Source of the DNA: an uncultured Lachnospiraceae bacterium
GTDB taxonomy: Bacteria; Bacillota; Clostridia; Oscillospirales; CAG-272
Direction: 5' to 3'
DNA: 45,973 bases
NCBI GenBank assembly: GCA_964461635.1
Contig: CAYWVC010000004.1
Coordinates: 1 to 45,973 of the forward strand
Position 1 is the first letter of the stretch. Each line of letters opens with the position of its first letter. The notes under the pieces are model-generated. The model was given only the letters and a program-made list of their open reading frames with translations, had not been told where the DNA came from and did no database searches. Below are positions 10,629-20,797 of the stretch, in pieces. The position numbers and the translations under genes were made by a program.

Positions 10629-12374
10629 CGCGGCACGCCCGCTGTTCCACAGCATCGAGTAGAAGCCGTTCGCCGCCAAAAGCTCACCGTGAGTACCGCG
10701 CTCAATGATCTTTCCTGCCTTCATAACGAGTATCAGATCGGAATCAAGCACGGTAGACAGTCGGTGTGCCACGACGAAGCTGGTCCTGCCCTGCGTCATT
10801 CGGTCAAAGCACTGCTTTATCTTTATCTCCGTGCGGGTATCTATTGACGACGTTGCCTCGTCAAGTATCAGCATCGGGGGATCGGTAAGCATAACCCGGG
10901 CAATACAGATAAGCTGACGCTCGCCCTCCGAAAGCATACCCGCCGTCCCCACCTCGGTATCATATCCGTTCGGCAGGCGCTCGATGAATTTGTCGGCGCG
11001 TGCGTTCTTAGCGGCGGCGCGTATCTCTTCATCCGTCGCGTCGGGCTTGCCCATCGCGATGTTTTCGCGCACCGTACCCGGCATAAGCCAAGTTTCTTGC
11101 AGAACCATACCGTACGCCTCGCGCAAGGAATGACGTGTCACGCCCGAGATCGCCTGACCGTCCACCGATACCGTGCCCGAATCGACGTCGTAAAATCTCA
11201 TCAAAAGGTTAATCAGCGTGGTCTTGCCACATCCGGTGGGACCCACTATCGCCACCTTCATTCCCGGCTTGATGTCAAGATCAAGCCCCTCGATAAGCTT
11301 TTGATCCTTCGAATATGAAAAGCTCACGTTATCAAGGCGGACCGCGCCCTCGGGACGTTCAAGCACACCGGCGGCATCGGGCGATTCCGGTGTTGCGTCT
11401 ATGACCTCAAAGATCCTTTCCGCCGCCGCCATAGCCCCCTGGAGCTCGGTGATAACGCCCGATATCTCGTTAAAGGGCTTCGTATACTGATTGGCGTACG
11501 AAAGCATACGCGTCAGCATACCGGCGGTAAATGCCGGATTGCTTATCGCGGTGACCGCCCCGACAGCGGCTACTACGGCATACACTATGCTGTTGACAAA
11601 GCGGGTGACGGGATTGGTCAGGGACGACCAGAACACCGCCTTCAGCGATACCCGCTTCAATCTACCGTTAAGCTCGTCAAACTCCTCCTGCGTACGCTCG
11701 CGCCGCGAGTACGCCTGCACCGTTTTCTGCCCCGATATCATCTCGTTTGTGAAGGCAGTCTGCTCACCGCGCAGCTTTGCTTGCTCACGGAAGAAGCCGT
11801 AAGATTTCTTGGCAACAAGCCGTGCCGCAACCAATGAGAGCGGCGTAACCACCACTACCGCAAGTGCGATCCATGGGGAGGATCCGAACATAAGCACAAG
11901 AGTCCCCACTATCGTAATGATCCCGGTAAAGAATTGTGTAAAGCCGGTCAGCAAGCCGTCACCCACCTGCTCGGCATCCGCGGTCACACGGCTCACAATA
12001 TCACCGGAGGGTATACTGTCAAGGTAAGAAAACGGCAAATGCTGCAGCCTTTCAAACGCCATACGTCGCATATCGGCGACCGTTCCGTAGGTTATGCGGT
12101 TATTCAGGAGGCTCATAAGATACTGCGACACACCGGCGACGAGCGCGGCAACTGCGATCTTCAAAAGGCAGGCATTCACGGCGGTAAAATCTACGGTTCC
12201 CTGCCCGACGGCAAGGTCGATAACGTCGCCGACGAAAACGGGGATGAGCAAGGTTGATATAACGTACAGCAAGGCACAAAGGAGCGTACCGACTATAAGC
12301 GGGCTCCTTTTTTTGATAACCTTCATTACTTTGCCGAGAGCCTTGAGGCTCGTTCTGTTATAGGTCTTACTCAC
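10617..12374 (-). CDS. ABC exporter ATP-binding/permease subunit
   Basis: TM domain plus GPTGCGKT, LSEGERQ, LILDEAT, AHRLST. Confidence 0.92.
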   Translation of the reverse strand: MSKTYNRTSLKALGKVMKVIKKRSPLIVGTLLCALLYVISTLLIPVFVGDVIDLAVGQGTVDFTAVNACLLKIAVAALVAGVSQYLMSLLNNRITYGTVADMRRMAFERLQHLPFSYLDSIPSGDIVSRVTADAEQVGDGLLTGFTQFFTGIITIVGTLVLMFGSSPWIALAVVVVTPLSLVAARLVAKKSYGFFREQAKLRGEQTAFTNEMISGQKTVQAYSRRERTQEEFDELNGRLKRVSLKAVFWSSLTNPVTRFVNSIVYAVVAAVGAVTAISNPAFTAGMLTRMLSYANQYTKPFNEISGVITELQGAMAAAERIFEVIDATPESPDAAGVLERPEGAVRLDNVSFSYSKDQKLIEGLDLDIKPGMKVAIVGPTGCGKTTLINLLMRFYDVDSGTVSVDGQAISGVTRHSLREAYGMVLQETWLMPGTVRENIAMGKPDATDEEIRAAAKNARADKFIERLPNGYDTEVGTAGMLSEGERQLICIARVMLTDPPMLILDEATSSIDTRTEIKIKQCFDRMTQGRTSFVVAHRLSTVLDSDLILVMKAGKIIERGTHGELLAANGFYSMLWNSGRAASAE

Positions 12375-14110
12375 AGTGCCTCGCCTCCCTTCTGCGAATC
12401 GCAGATCTCACGGTATACCTCGCAATTTTGATAGAGCTCACCGTGCTTGCCCACGCCGACGGCGTGACCGCCGTCAAGCACGACGATCCGGTCGCAATCG
12501 GAAACGCTCTCCACGCGTTGAGATACTATAAACACCGCGGGCGAGTAGTCAAGCTCACGTACCGCACGGCGCAGAGCAGTCTCGGTCGCGCGGTCAAGTG
12601 CCGAGGAGCTGTCGTCGAGCACGAGTACCTCGGGTCTGCGGACAAGGGCTCGCGCCACGTTAAGCCGCTGACGCTGTCCGCCCGAGAGGTTTCTGCCCCC
12701 CTGCTCTATCATAAATCCCAAACCGCCCTCTTTTTCGTCAACTATACTGCCGATCTGCGCTTGCTTGAGCGCGGCGTTGATCTCTTCGTCAGTGGCGTCG
12801 GGTGCCCCCCATCTCATATTGTCGCGCAAGGTTCCGCGGAAAAGCGTCGCGTGCTGTGAAACGTATCCGATATGCTTTCTCAGCTCATCGGGATCGTATT
12901 CGCGAACGTCATGACCGTAGAATTCAACGCTCCCGGAGCTCACGTCGTAAAAGCGCGGTATCAATCCGACGAGCGAGGTCTTGCCCGATCCGGTACCGCC
13001 TATAATGCCGATACGCTCACCGCCGTTTACCGAAAGATCTATCCCCTCAAGCACCGTGCCCGACGAGCCCGGATAGGACATCGAAACACCATTGAACGTC
13101 ACGATCGGAGCCCCCGCCACGGGAACTGCCGCCCCCTCGGATGCGGGCATCTCGGGCTCCTCGCCCACTACGGCGGAAATACGGCTGAGACAGGCAAGCG
13201 AACGCGTGATCGTTATAACGAGGTTGGCAAATTTGATCAGCTCCACAAGGATCTGTGTCAGATAATTGTAAAGAGCTATCAGCTTGCCGTTTGTCAGCAC
13301 ACCGTCGTTTACCGCGTGGCTTCCCCGCGAAAGCATCAGTATAACGGCAAGATTAACGATAACGTAGGTCAGCGGATTCAGCAATCCCGATATCCTGCCG
13401 GCTAAGAGCTGAAGATGCTTCAAGCGATCGTTGCGCTTAACGAACTCGCCGTTTCTTTGGTCCTCAAGACGAAAGGCACGTATGACTCGCTCGCCCTCAA
13501 GGTCGGAGCGAAGCATCCCCGTCACACCGTCAAGACCCGACTGTGCCTTGCGATAAAGCGGAATACCCGCCAAAAGTATGGCGGTAACGACGGCTGCAAG
13601 CACGGGAATAACTATAACGAACGCCATAGTCGTCGACGGAGAGGATGCGCCGACGATCAGCGCACCGACAAGCGCTCCCAGCACGACGAAGGGCGAGCGC
13701 AACAGCAGCCGAAGCGTAAGGTTGACCCCGGTCTGGACCTGATTAACGTCACTCGTCATACGGGTAATAAGAGTTCCCGTGCCGGCTCGGTCTAACTGAG
13801 AAAAGGACAGCCCCTGTATTCTTGAAAACAGCAGGGAGCGGATGTCCCCCGCAAAGCCGCACGCCGCCTTAGCCGAGAAATACTGCGCCGTCAGCGAAAA
13901 GGCAAGCCCCACCAACCCGATGATAACGAGCAAGCCGCACATCTTCAGCGAATAGGCTTTTCCCGCTTCCCCGCGCGCGATACCGTTATCAACTATAAGC
14001 GAAACGATATACGGCACGGTAAGCTCAAGTATCGCTTCAAAGAGTTTGAAGAGCGGAGCAATAACTGCCTCCACCCTGTAATTTTTCATATACTTTAAAA
14101 GTCTTTTCAT
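12371..14110 (-). CDS. ABC exporter ATP-binding/permease subunit (degenerate-site partner of a heterodimer)
   Basis: GGTGSGKT, LSGGQRQR, LVLDDSSS, VSQR; 4-nt overlap with partner gene. Confidence 0.92.
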   Translation of the reverse strand: MKRLLKYMKNYRVEAVIAPLFKLFEAILELTVPYIVSLIVDNGIARGEAGKAYSLKMCGLLVIIGLVGLAFSLTAQYFSAKAACGFAGDIRSLLFSRIQGLSFSQLDRAGTGTLITRMTSDVNQVQTGVNLTLRLLLRSPFVVLGALVGALIVGASSPSTTMAFVIVIPVLAAVVTAILLAGIPLYRKAQSGLDGVTGMLRSDLEGERVIRAFRLEDQRNGEFVKRNDRLKHLQLLAGRISGLLNPLTYVIVNLAVILMLSRGSHAVNDGVLTNGKLIALYNYLTQILVELIKFANLVITITRSLACLSRISAVVGEEPEMPASEGAAVPVAGAPIVTFNGVSMSYPGSSGTVLEGIDLSVNGGERIGIIGGTGSGKTSLVGLIPRFYDVSSGSVEFYGHDVREYDPDELRKHIGYVSQHATLFRGTLRDNMRWGAPDATDEEINAALKQAQIGSIVDEKEGGLGFMIEQGGRNLSGGQRQRLNVARALVRRPEVLVLDDSSSALDRATETALRRAVRELDYSPAVFIVSQRVESVSDCDRIVVLDGGHAVGVGKHGELYQNCEVYREICDSQKGGEAL

Positions 14111-14141
14111 AATACCTCACATAAAGATCAAGCAAAACGAT

Positions 14142-14174
14142 TGCGGAAAACGGGTCGTACGTCCGTTTTCCGCA
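14142..14174 (-). terminator. Hairpin downstream of ftsK
   Basis: TGCGGAAAACGG-9 nt-CCGTTTTCCGCA. Confidence 0.55.
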
Positions 14175-14188
14175 CAACTGCCGAACGG

Positions 14189-16948
14189 TCATTCGCCGTC
14201 GGCGTTTATATCGTTATTGACTACCTTTTCGTAAAATTCCTGCTTGGTTATAAGTATCCGACGCGGCTTATTACCGTCCGCTTCACTGACGTAACCCTTT
14301 TCAAACATCATATCAATGATCTTCGCCGCCTTACCGTAGCCTATCGACAGCTTGCGCTGAAGCAGAGACGTGGATATCTTGCCCTCGTTTATGGCGATCT
14401 CCACCGCCTGACGGAACTTCACGTCCTCGCCGTCCCCGTTCATATCGGCGGCATCAAGGGCGGCACCGCCCACCTTCTTCTCGCCGACGTTAGCCGCGGC
14501 AGCCTCCATGCTGTCCATAAACGCACTGTTATATTCAACCGGTGCGTTGTGCTCCTTGATGTAATCGACAACGTCGGAGACCTCCTTGTCCTCAAGGAAG
14601 GCGCCCTGCACCCTCATAGGCTTGGAAAGTCCGACGGGCGAGAACAGCATATCACCGTGACCTATAAGCTTTTCAGCCCCGGATATGTCTATGATGGTAC
14701 GCGAGTCAACCTGCGATTTTACCGTGCAGGCGATACGCGACGGCACGTTCGCCTTGATAAGACCCGTAATAACGTCAACCGAAGGACGCTGGGTACCTAT
14801 GATCAAATGGATACCGACGGCACGTGCCTTTTGAGCGATACGCGTGATAAATTGCTCGACGTCGTTCTTCGCCATCATCATAAGATCGGCAAGCTCGTCG
14901 ATAACTATGATCAGCTTGGGAAGATATTCGCGGTCGGGATCCTTTGCGATCATCTTATTGTAGGCGTCTATCTCCCTCACCCCAACGTCCTCTATGAGCG
15001 TATAACGGCGCTCCATCTCGGCAACCGCCGAAGCAAGCGCGCCCGCCGCCTTTCTCGGATCGCTGATTATCGGACAATACAGGTGCGGAATGTGCTGATA
15101 GATACTGAATTCGACCTTCTTCGGGTCGATCATTATCAGCTTAACGGCATCGGGGGAGTTCCGGTAAAGCAGACTGCACACGATACAGTTGATGCATACG
15201 GACTTACCGGATCCGGTCGTGCCCGCAATTATCATATGCGGCATCTTCTTGATATCGAAATAAATATTCTTGCCGGCAACGTCCTGCCCGAGCGCAACCG
15301 TCAACGGAGACGACGCATTCCGGAAATAATCGGTATCGACAAGCGTGCGAAGGTGAACTATCGCCTGAACCGCGTTCGGCACCTCAACGCCGACTGCGGG
15401 CTTATTCGGAATAGGTGCCTCGATACGCACTCCGACGGTCGCAAGGTTCATAGCAATATCATCCACGAGGTTTGCGATGGTCCGAACGCGCACGCCCGCC
15501 TCGGGCACGACCTCATACCTCGTTATCGTCGGACCGATCGAATATCCGATATCCTTGACCCTTATATCAAAGCTCTCAAGTGTCTCACGCAGCTTTTTCT
15601 TTGTCGCCGCGATAGATTCGGACAGATCCGCCTTCGACACGGTATCCTCCAGCAAAAGACTTATCGGAGGCGGGTTGTACGGCGGCTTGACGGGTGCCGT
15701 ATCGTTTGCGTTCTCCCCTTCTCCGTCTTCCGTTGTTGCCCCGGCAGATACGTCAAAGAAGGAGTCGTCCTCGTCATCCGCCATTACCTGCCCGGCGGCA
15801 AGGCGTTCTTCATCTGCCGACGCTGTCTCGGACGAGTCGGCGGCAGTTTCGGAATTAAAAACGTCGTCAAGCTTGAAGCTCTCGGGATTATCCTCAACGG
15901 GGGGAGCAACGCCGTCGGCATCGGGGGTAACCGCGGCGGCATCTTCCCCGTCGATCATAACCGCGCCCTCCTCGGGCTGTGCGTCAACTGCCGTATCGGC
16001 CGCACCGTCACCGACGTCATCTTTGCGCCGTTTTCTGAGGGATATCTTGACGCGTGCAGGGCGTTCTTCCTCGAATCGGTCCGTATCGAAAGGAACGTCG
16101 TCATCCTCTTCCTCGGCGCGGGCGGCTTCGGCTTCGGCTTCGGCTTCAGCCTCAGCCTCACGGCGCATACGCTGCGCCTCACGGCGGCGTTCACGCGAAA
16201 GCTTGACCCTTGCACGCACCATATTGATAACGTAGTTCGGTGTAAGTCCGCAAAGGAATACCGCAAGGATCACGAGAGTGGGAATTATAATCAAGAAAGA
16301 TCCGAGAGGCTTAAGTCCGATATAGCAAAGCCAACCGAGCGAGCCGCCTATCACGCCGCCCCCCGCCGCAACGCTTACGCCGTGCGACCAAAAGAGCTGT
16401 GCAAATCCGGGAAATTCCGTAACGCCGCAATTCCCCTCGTAAACCACCTCACAAAGCGCAGAGCAAAGAATCAATGCGCAACCGCACATAATAAACGCCC
16501 CGCAAAGGCTCAGATTAAGTTTTTTAGTGATAGCGATCTTTCGATCCACAAGCTTTTTCCAAAGGATCCCGAAGTAGACCGCCGCCGGCACGGTAAGGTA
16601 TGCGCCGACGCCGAAAAGCCCCGTTAAAACGCGGTATATCGCTTCACCTGCCGCGCCGAGTATGTTTCGGTCATTCCCCGCCAATCCGAAAAGATCGCGA
16701 GTGACGAAGCATATGAGCAAGAACAGCGCAAAAATATACCACACGAAAGGTATTATCTGATGCACGATGCGCTCGGACGGAGCAACGTATGCGCTTTTCT
16801 TCGATACTGCCGACTTCTTTTTGGCAGTCGATCCGCCTTTCTTCGACCCGCCCGATGCGGGAAGGCTCTTTTTTCCGGATGTCGATCCCGATGAGCGCTC
16901 GGTGACCGTTATTTTCTTTTTTGATTTTTCTTTATTACCGTCTGCCAT
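14189..16948 (-). CDS. ftsK: DNA translocase FtsK/SpoIIIE
   Basis: N-terminal TM region, acidic linker, AGTTGSGKS, IDPKKVE, IDELADLMM, TQRPSVDV, gamma domain LQRKLSIGY. Confidence 0.95.
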   Translation of the reverse strand: MADGNKEKSKKKITVTERSSGSTSGKKSLPASGGSKKGGSTAKKKSAVSKKSAYVAPSERIVHQIIPFVWYIFALFLLICFVTRDLFGLAGNDRNILGAAGEAIYRVLTGLFGVGAYLTVPAAVYFGILWKKLVDRKIAITKKLNLSLCGAFIMCGCALILCSALCEVVYEGNCGVTEFPGFAQLFWSHGVSVAAGGGVIGGSLGWLCYIGLKPLGSFLIIIPTLVILAVFLCGLTPNYVINMVRARVKLSRERRREAQRMRREAEAEAEAEAEAARAEEEDDDVPFDTDRFEEERPARVKISLRKRRKDDVGDGAADTAVDAQPEEGAVMIDGEDAAAVTPDADGVAPPVEDNPESFKLDDVFNSETAADSSETASADEERLAAGQVMADDEDDSFFDVSAGATTEDGEGENANDTAPVKPPYNPPPISLLLEDTVSKADLSESIAATKKKLRETLESFDIRVKDIGYSIGPTITRYEVVPEAGVRVRTIANLVDDIAMNLATVGVRIEAPIPNKPAVGVEVPNAVQAIVHLRTLVDTDYFRNASSPLTVALGQDVAGKNIYFDIKKMPHMIIAGTTGSGKSVCINCIVCSLLYRNSPDAVKLIMIDPKKVEFSIYQHIPHLYCPIISDPRKAAGALASAVAEMERRYTLIEDVGVREIDAYNKMIAKDPDREYLPKLIIVIDELADLMMMAKNDVEQFITRIAQKARAVGIHLIIGTQRPSVDVITGLIKANVPSRIACTVKSQVDSRTIIDISGAEKLIGHGDMLFSPVGLSKPMRVQGAFLEDKEVSDVVDYIKEHNAPVEYNSAFMDSMEAAAANVGEKKVGGAALDAADMNGDGEDVKFRQAVEIAINEGKISTSLLQRKLSIGYGKAAKIIDMMFEKGYVSEADGNKPRRILITKQEFYEKVVNNDINADGE

Positions 16949-17008
16949 TTATAACCTCTTTCGGCTTCAAAAGCTTGAAGCCGTCTTAATTTACGTAATA
17001 TATATTAA

Positions 17009-17037
17009 ATTATATCATATACCCGTTTTTTTTTCAA
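17009..17037 (-). promoter_or_regulatory. sigmaA-type promoter of ftsK
   Basis: Minus strand TTGAAA-17 nt-TATAAT with extended TG. Confidence 0.65.
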
Positions 17038-17116
17038 TAGTCCCGGGGACAATTACATATTTTAATTTTTTCGGATAAAAATAATTGTATCTCACATCAA
17101 AGGACGGATAAGGTCT

Positions 17117-17509
17117 ATGAAATCTCTGATCGCCAACGATCGTACCCGCTCGGCGTTAAAATTGGTTTTGATAGGAGCCTGTGCCGGATTTATCAACGGG
17201 CTTCTCGGCTCGGGCGGCGGGATCCTCGTCGTATTCGGTATGACTCCGCTGATCGCAGATGCCGACGGGAAGCGCGACGTGTTTGCAAATGCGCTGGCGG
17301 TTATGATCCCGATATCATTGGTGTCGGCGATCACCTACGCCTCCGCCGGACGGATCGATATCGGCGAATTCGGCATATACGTTCTCCCCGCCGCGATCGG
17401 AGGGATAATCGGCGCAATACTGCTTGACAAGCTCAAGGTCGGATTTCTGCGTCGGCTGTTTGCGATACTCGTGATCTGGTCGGGCATATACCTTATAACG
17501 AGGGTCTGA
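17117..17509 (+). CDS. TauE/SafE (TSUP) family half-size membrane protein
   Basis: AGFINGLLGSGGG motif, hydrophobic helices. Confidence 0.8.
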   Translation: MKSLIANDRTRSALKLVLIGACAGFINGLLGSGGGILVVFGMTPLIADADGKRDVFANALAVMIPISLVSAITYASAGRIDIGEFGIYVLPAAIGGIIGAILLDKLKVGFLRRLFAILVIWSGIYLITRV

Positions 17510-17511
17510 CA

Positions 17512-17901
17512 GTGAATACGGTAAATATTATCGCCGCGATCGCGATAGCGGTGCTTTCGGGTATGGGAATCGGAAGCGGCGGGCTCTTCTCGATATGGCT
17601 TACCGCCGTCGCCGGAATGCCGCAGCTCGCGGCACAGGGGATGAACCTTCTTTTCTTTATGTTTTCGGGCGGAGCCTCAATGCTCCTCCACCTTTCACGG
17701 CGCAAGATATATTGGAGGGCGGTCCTGCTGCTCTCTTCTACGGGAATCCTCGGAACGGTCGTGGGGAGCGTTGTCGCGGGGCTGTTGCCCGTCAAGCTGA
17801 TACGGGTGGCATTCGGTATGATGCTTATCGGCTCCGGTATAGCGGTGACCGTCGGGGACAGGCGCAAGAAAAAGAACGCCGAAAACGAAAGCGGGCAGTG
17901 A
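17512..17901 (+). CDS. TauE/SafE (TSUP) family half-size membrane protein
   Basis: LSGMGIGSGG, AQGMNLLFF; tandem with the previous half-gene. Confidence 0.8.
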   Translation: MNTVNIIAAIAIAVLSGMGIGSGGLFSIWLTAVAGMPQLAAQGMNLLFFMFSGGASMLLHLSRRKIYWRAVLLLSSTGILGTVVGSVVAGLLPVKLIRVAFGMMLIGSGIAVTVGDRRKKKNAENESGQ

Positions 17902-17906
17902 CCGTT

Positions 17907-18476
17907 TCACTGCCCGTTTCCGCCGATCTCGCGGCGAAGCTTTACCCTTATACGGCGCAAAGCATTACTTATTGATTTAACGTCCCGTCCGAGAAGCTCG
18001 GCTATCTCTGCCGCCGATCGCCCCGAAATATGGAGCTCCCATACACGGTTCTCGTATTCGGACAGGCTCGCCCGGATCCGCTCGTTCAATTCCACGACGT
18101 TTTCAAGCTCAATAACTCTGCCGATAGGATCCTCTTGCCCGCAGACCGTCTTCGCCTCCTCAAGCGACGCCGTAACGTGCGCGCTCCTTCTCTGCTTTCT
18201 GAAGTGCGATATCAGCCCGCGCTTGATGCACACCTTTGCGTAGTGACCGAACTCGGCATCGCTTTTTCCGGGATCGTAGCTGACCACGGCGTTGTAAAAC
18301 GATATCGTTGCCTCCTGACGCAGCTCATCCTCATCGCACAGGGCAAGGTCATTTGAGGTCAGGCACCGTTTTACCGATGCCGATATCAGCGGCGCGTACA
18401 CGGTCAGCAAGCGCGAAAAAGCCGACTCGTCACCCGCCCGCGCGGATGCAAGCAGCTCGATAAGCTCCCGTTCCGT
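17907..18476 (-). CDS. SigH-like sigma-70 family factor; start probably ACG at 18476 (ORF track uses TTG 18410)
   Basis: Region 2 ELRQEA..FYNAV.SYD, region 4 EIAELLGRDVKSISNALRRIR; frame stays open upstream through ELIELLASARAGDESAF to GGGGAGG-7 nt-ACG. Confidence 0.8.
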   Translation of the reverse strand, partial: TERELIELLASARAGDESAFSRLLTVYAPLISASVKRCLTSNDLALCDEDELRQEATISFYNAVVSYDPGKSDAEFGHYAKVCIKRGLISHFRKQRRSAHVTASLEEAKTVCGQEDPIGRVIELENVVELNERIRASLSEYENRVWELHISGRSAAEIAELLGRDVKSISNALRRIRVKLRREIGGNGQ

Positions 18477-18527
18477 ATTATCGCCTCCCCACCGGCCGTC
18501 ACAAACGACCCGTTATTTTTGATCCGC

Positions 18528-19079
18528 TTAATCGAAGAGATAATTTACGTTGCCCGCCAAAAGCGCAACCATACCGCGATAGACCGCCTCGGGTCTGTCG
18601 TGAAAATTATCCTTCATCCGCTCGGCGCGGTTCTCGCTGTCAACGGCAAGAGTGACCGACATTATCGTGCGATCCTTCTCTGTCATAGTAAAGGTAACGT
18701 CAAAGCTACCGTCCGACAGCCGCTCGGAATGAGAGGATACCTTTATTCCCCGACGGCGGAAATCCAGATACCGCAACGCCCCCGCAAGGCTCTGATCCAA
18801 TATCGAATCAAGAATATCGCTCTTCAGCGTACCCGCAACTATCCTGCCCTTATCGGTGACAGCGTAAAGCTCGTTGCCGTCGGTATCCTTGCCGACCACC
18901 TCGATCAGACCGTCGCGGAGCATCTCGTGAAATCCCTCCGCAAAATCAAGATATATCACGTAATCGGTCTGCATCACGATATCGTTCAACGTGACGAAGT
19001 CCAAAGGATAATTTATATTTTCCATAAGGTACAGGACGAATATCTTAACGTTTTTTTTGCTTCCGACAAGCGAGCTCAT
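18528..19079 (-). CDS. DUF4364-like winged-helix protein
   Basis: KIFVLYLM...PL, Y.VTDKG pattern; start set to ATG 19079 after GGAG. Confidence 0.7.
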   Translation of the reverse strand: MSSLVGSKKNVKIFVLYLMENINYPLDFVTLNDIVMQTDYVIYLDFAEGFHEMLRDGLIEVVGKDTDGNELYAVTDKGRIVAGTLKSDILDSILDQSLAGALRYLDFRRRGIKVSSHSERLSDGSFDVTFTMTEKDRTIMSVTLAVDSENRAERMKDNFHDRPEAVYRGMVALLAGNVNYLFD

Positions 19080-19322
19080 ATATATCTCCGTTCCGCCGCG
19101 CTTCAGCGACATTTAAAATCATTGATACCTCGGCTTTCCGGTAACGTATCCGGTCACAAGCCGCCGTACAATATATTTTACCACCTTTCGCCTTTTTTTT
19201 CAATAGCCAATCGCACGATAGGAAAAATATAATATACTGTAATACAGGCACCTCCGAACCGCCCTTTTTGTCTGGCTTAATATCGGATGTGTCAAAATAC
19301 GAAAAAGAACGGAGATTCCGCT

Positions 19323-20672
19323 ATGACGATCGAAAACGAATATCTGCGAGAGGTGTATACCGAACTCACCGGGAAAGACCGCGGACAGACCGAATTTCTG
19401 CAAGCGGTCGGCGAGATCTTCTCCGACGTCTCCCCCGAAATCTCGGCTCACCCCGAATACGTGCGCAACGGCATCCCGACACGCATAGTAGAGCCCGAGC
19501 GCAGTATCTCCTTCCGCGTAAGCTGGATCGACGACGGCGGACAGGTGCGGGTAGCACGCGGATTCCGTGTGCAGTTTAATTCGGCAATAGGTCCGTACAA
19601 GGGAGGCTTGCGCTTTCATCCAAGCACAAATCTGTCTGTTATGAAATTCCTCGCCTTTGAGCAAAGCTTCAAAAACGCGCTGACCGGTCTGCCTATGGGC
19701 GGCGGAAAGGGCGGTGCCGACTTTGATCCAAAGGGAAAAAGCGACGGCGAAATTATGCGTTTTTGCCAAGCCTTTATGACCGAGCTCGAAAAGCATATCG
19801 GTCAGTTCACCGACATTCCCGCCGGAGATATCGGAGTCGGCACACGGGAGATAGGATATCTCTTCGGGCAATATAAGCGCCTGCGCAACGAGCACTCGGG
19901 TGCACTTACCGGGAAAGGGCTGTCGATCGGCGGCTCACTGCTGAGGATTCAGGCGACGGGCTACGGTCTGTGCTACCTCACAGAGCTTATGCTGCGCGAC
20001 AGCGGACTGTCCTTCGACGGAATGCGGGCCGTCGTCTCCGGCTCGGGGAACGTTGCGTTGTACTGTGCCGAAAAAGCTACCGAGCTCGGAGCAACGGTGA
20101 TCGCTATGAGCGATTCGTCCGGATACGTATTCGACCCCAACGGCATAGACGTAGGTCTTATGATCCGACTCAAGGAAACCGACCGCGCCCGCATATCCGA
20201 ATACGCAAGGCAGGTACCCTCGGCAAGCTTTGTGCCCGAATGCTCGGATATATGGAGCATAGCGTGCGACATTGCTATGCCGTGTGCGACACAGAACGAG
20301 ATCGACGGTGCCGCGGCGTCACGCCTCATAAGAAACGGGGTACGGGCAGTCGCGGAGGGCGCGAATATGCCCTCGACCCCCGAAGCAATAGAGATGTTCC
20401 GACAGAGCGGAGTCCTCTTTGCCCCCGCTAAGGCGGCAAACGCAGGGGGCGTGGCGGTCAGCGGGCTTGAAATGACGCAAAACAGCATAAGGCTCCCGTT
20501 CGACGGTGACAAGGTAGACGCTTTGTTGCGTTCAACTATGAATGGCATATATACCGTCTGCACAAGCACTGCCGTCGAATACGGATCGCCAAAGGACCTC
20601 GCCTTAGGCGCAAACATCTCGGCATTTCGTCGCATCGCAAAGGCTATGCTTGCACAGGGGATCACGTACTGA
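19323..20672 (+). CDS. gdhA: NADP-specific glutamate dehydrogenase
   Basis: GPYKGGLRFH, MGGGKGG, PAGDIG, SGSGNVA, AEGANMP, KAANAGGV; start set to ATG 19323. Confidence 0.95.
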   Translation: MTIENEYLREVYTELTGKDRGQTEFLQAVGEIFSDVSPEISAHPEYVRNGIPTRIVEPERSISFRVSWIDDGGQVRVARGFRVQFNSAIGPYKGGLRFHPSTNLSVMKFLAFEQSFKNALTGLPMGGGKGGADFDPKGKSDGEIMRFCQAFMTELEKHIGQFTDIPAGDIGVGTREIGYLFGQYKRLRNEHSGALTGKGLSIGGSLLRIQATGYGLCYLTELMLRDSGLSFDGMRAVVSGSGNVALYCAEKATELGATVIAMSDSSGYVFDPNGIDVGLMIRLKETDRARISEYARQVPSASFVPECSDIWSIACDIAMPCATQNEIDGAAASRLIRNGVRAVAEGANMPSTPEAIEMFRQSGVLFAPAKAANAGGVAVSGLEMTQNSIRLPFDGDKVDALLRSTMNGIYTVCTSTAVEYGSPKDLALGANISAFRRIAKAMLAQGITY

Positions 20673-20691
20673 CACGCGGAAAACGCACGCG

Positions 20692-20744
20692 GGAGCCTTC
20701 TCAAGGGAAGGCTCCATATTGAAAACCACCGGCCATGCCGGTGG
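20692..20744. terminator. Two hairpins downstream of gdhA
   Basis: GGAGCCTTC-6 nt-GAAGGCTCC (20692-20715) and CCACCGGC-CAT-GCCGGTGG (20726-20744). Confidence 0.5.
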
Positions 20745-20797
20745 CTTCGAAAGGTTTCATATTTGCTCATTTATCCGAGAAAATCAAACAGTCAAGC

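Noticed and set aside
16124-16160. GCTTCG-type tandem repeat
   Set aside because: Encodes the AEAEAEAEA stretch of the FtsK linker; ordinary low-complexity coding sequence
14141-16627. 828-aa plus-strand ORF
   Set aside because: Antisense shadow of ftsK; no recognisable motifs or RBS; expected from codon bias in GC-rich genes
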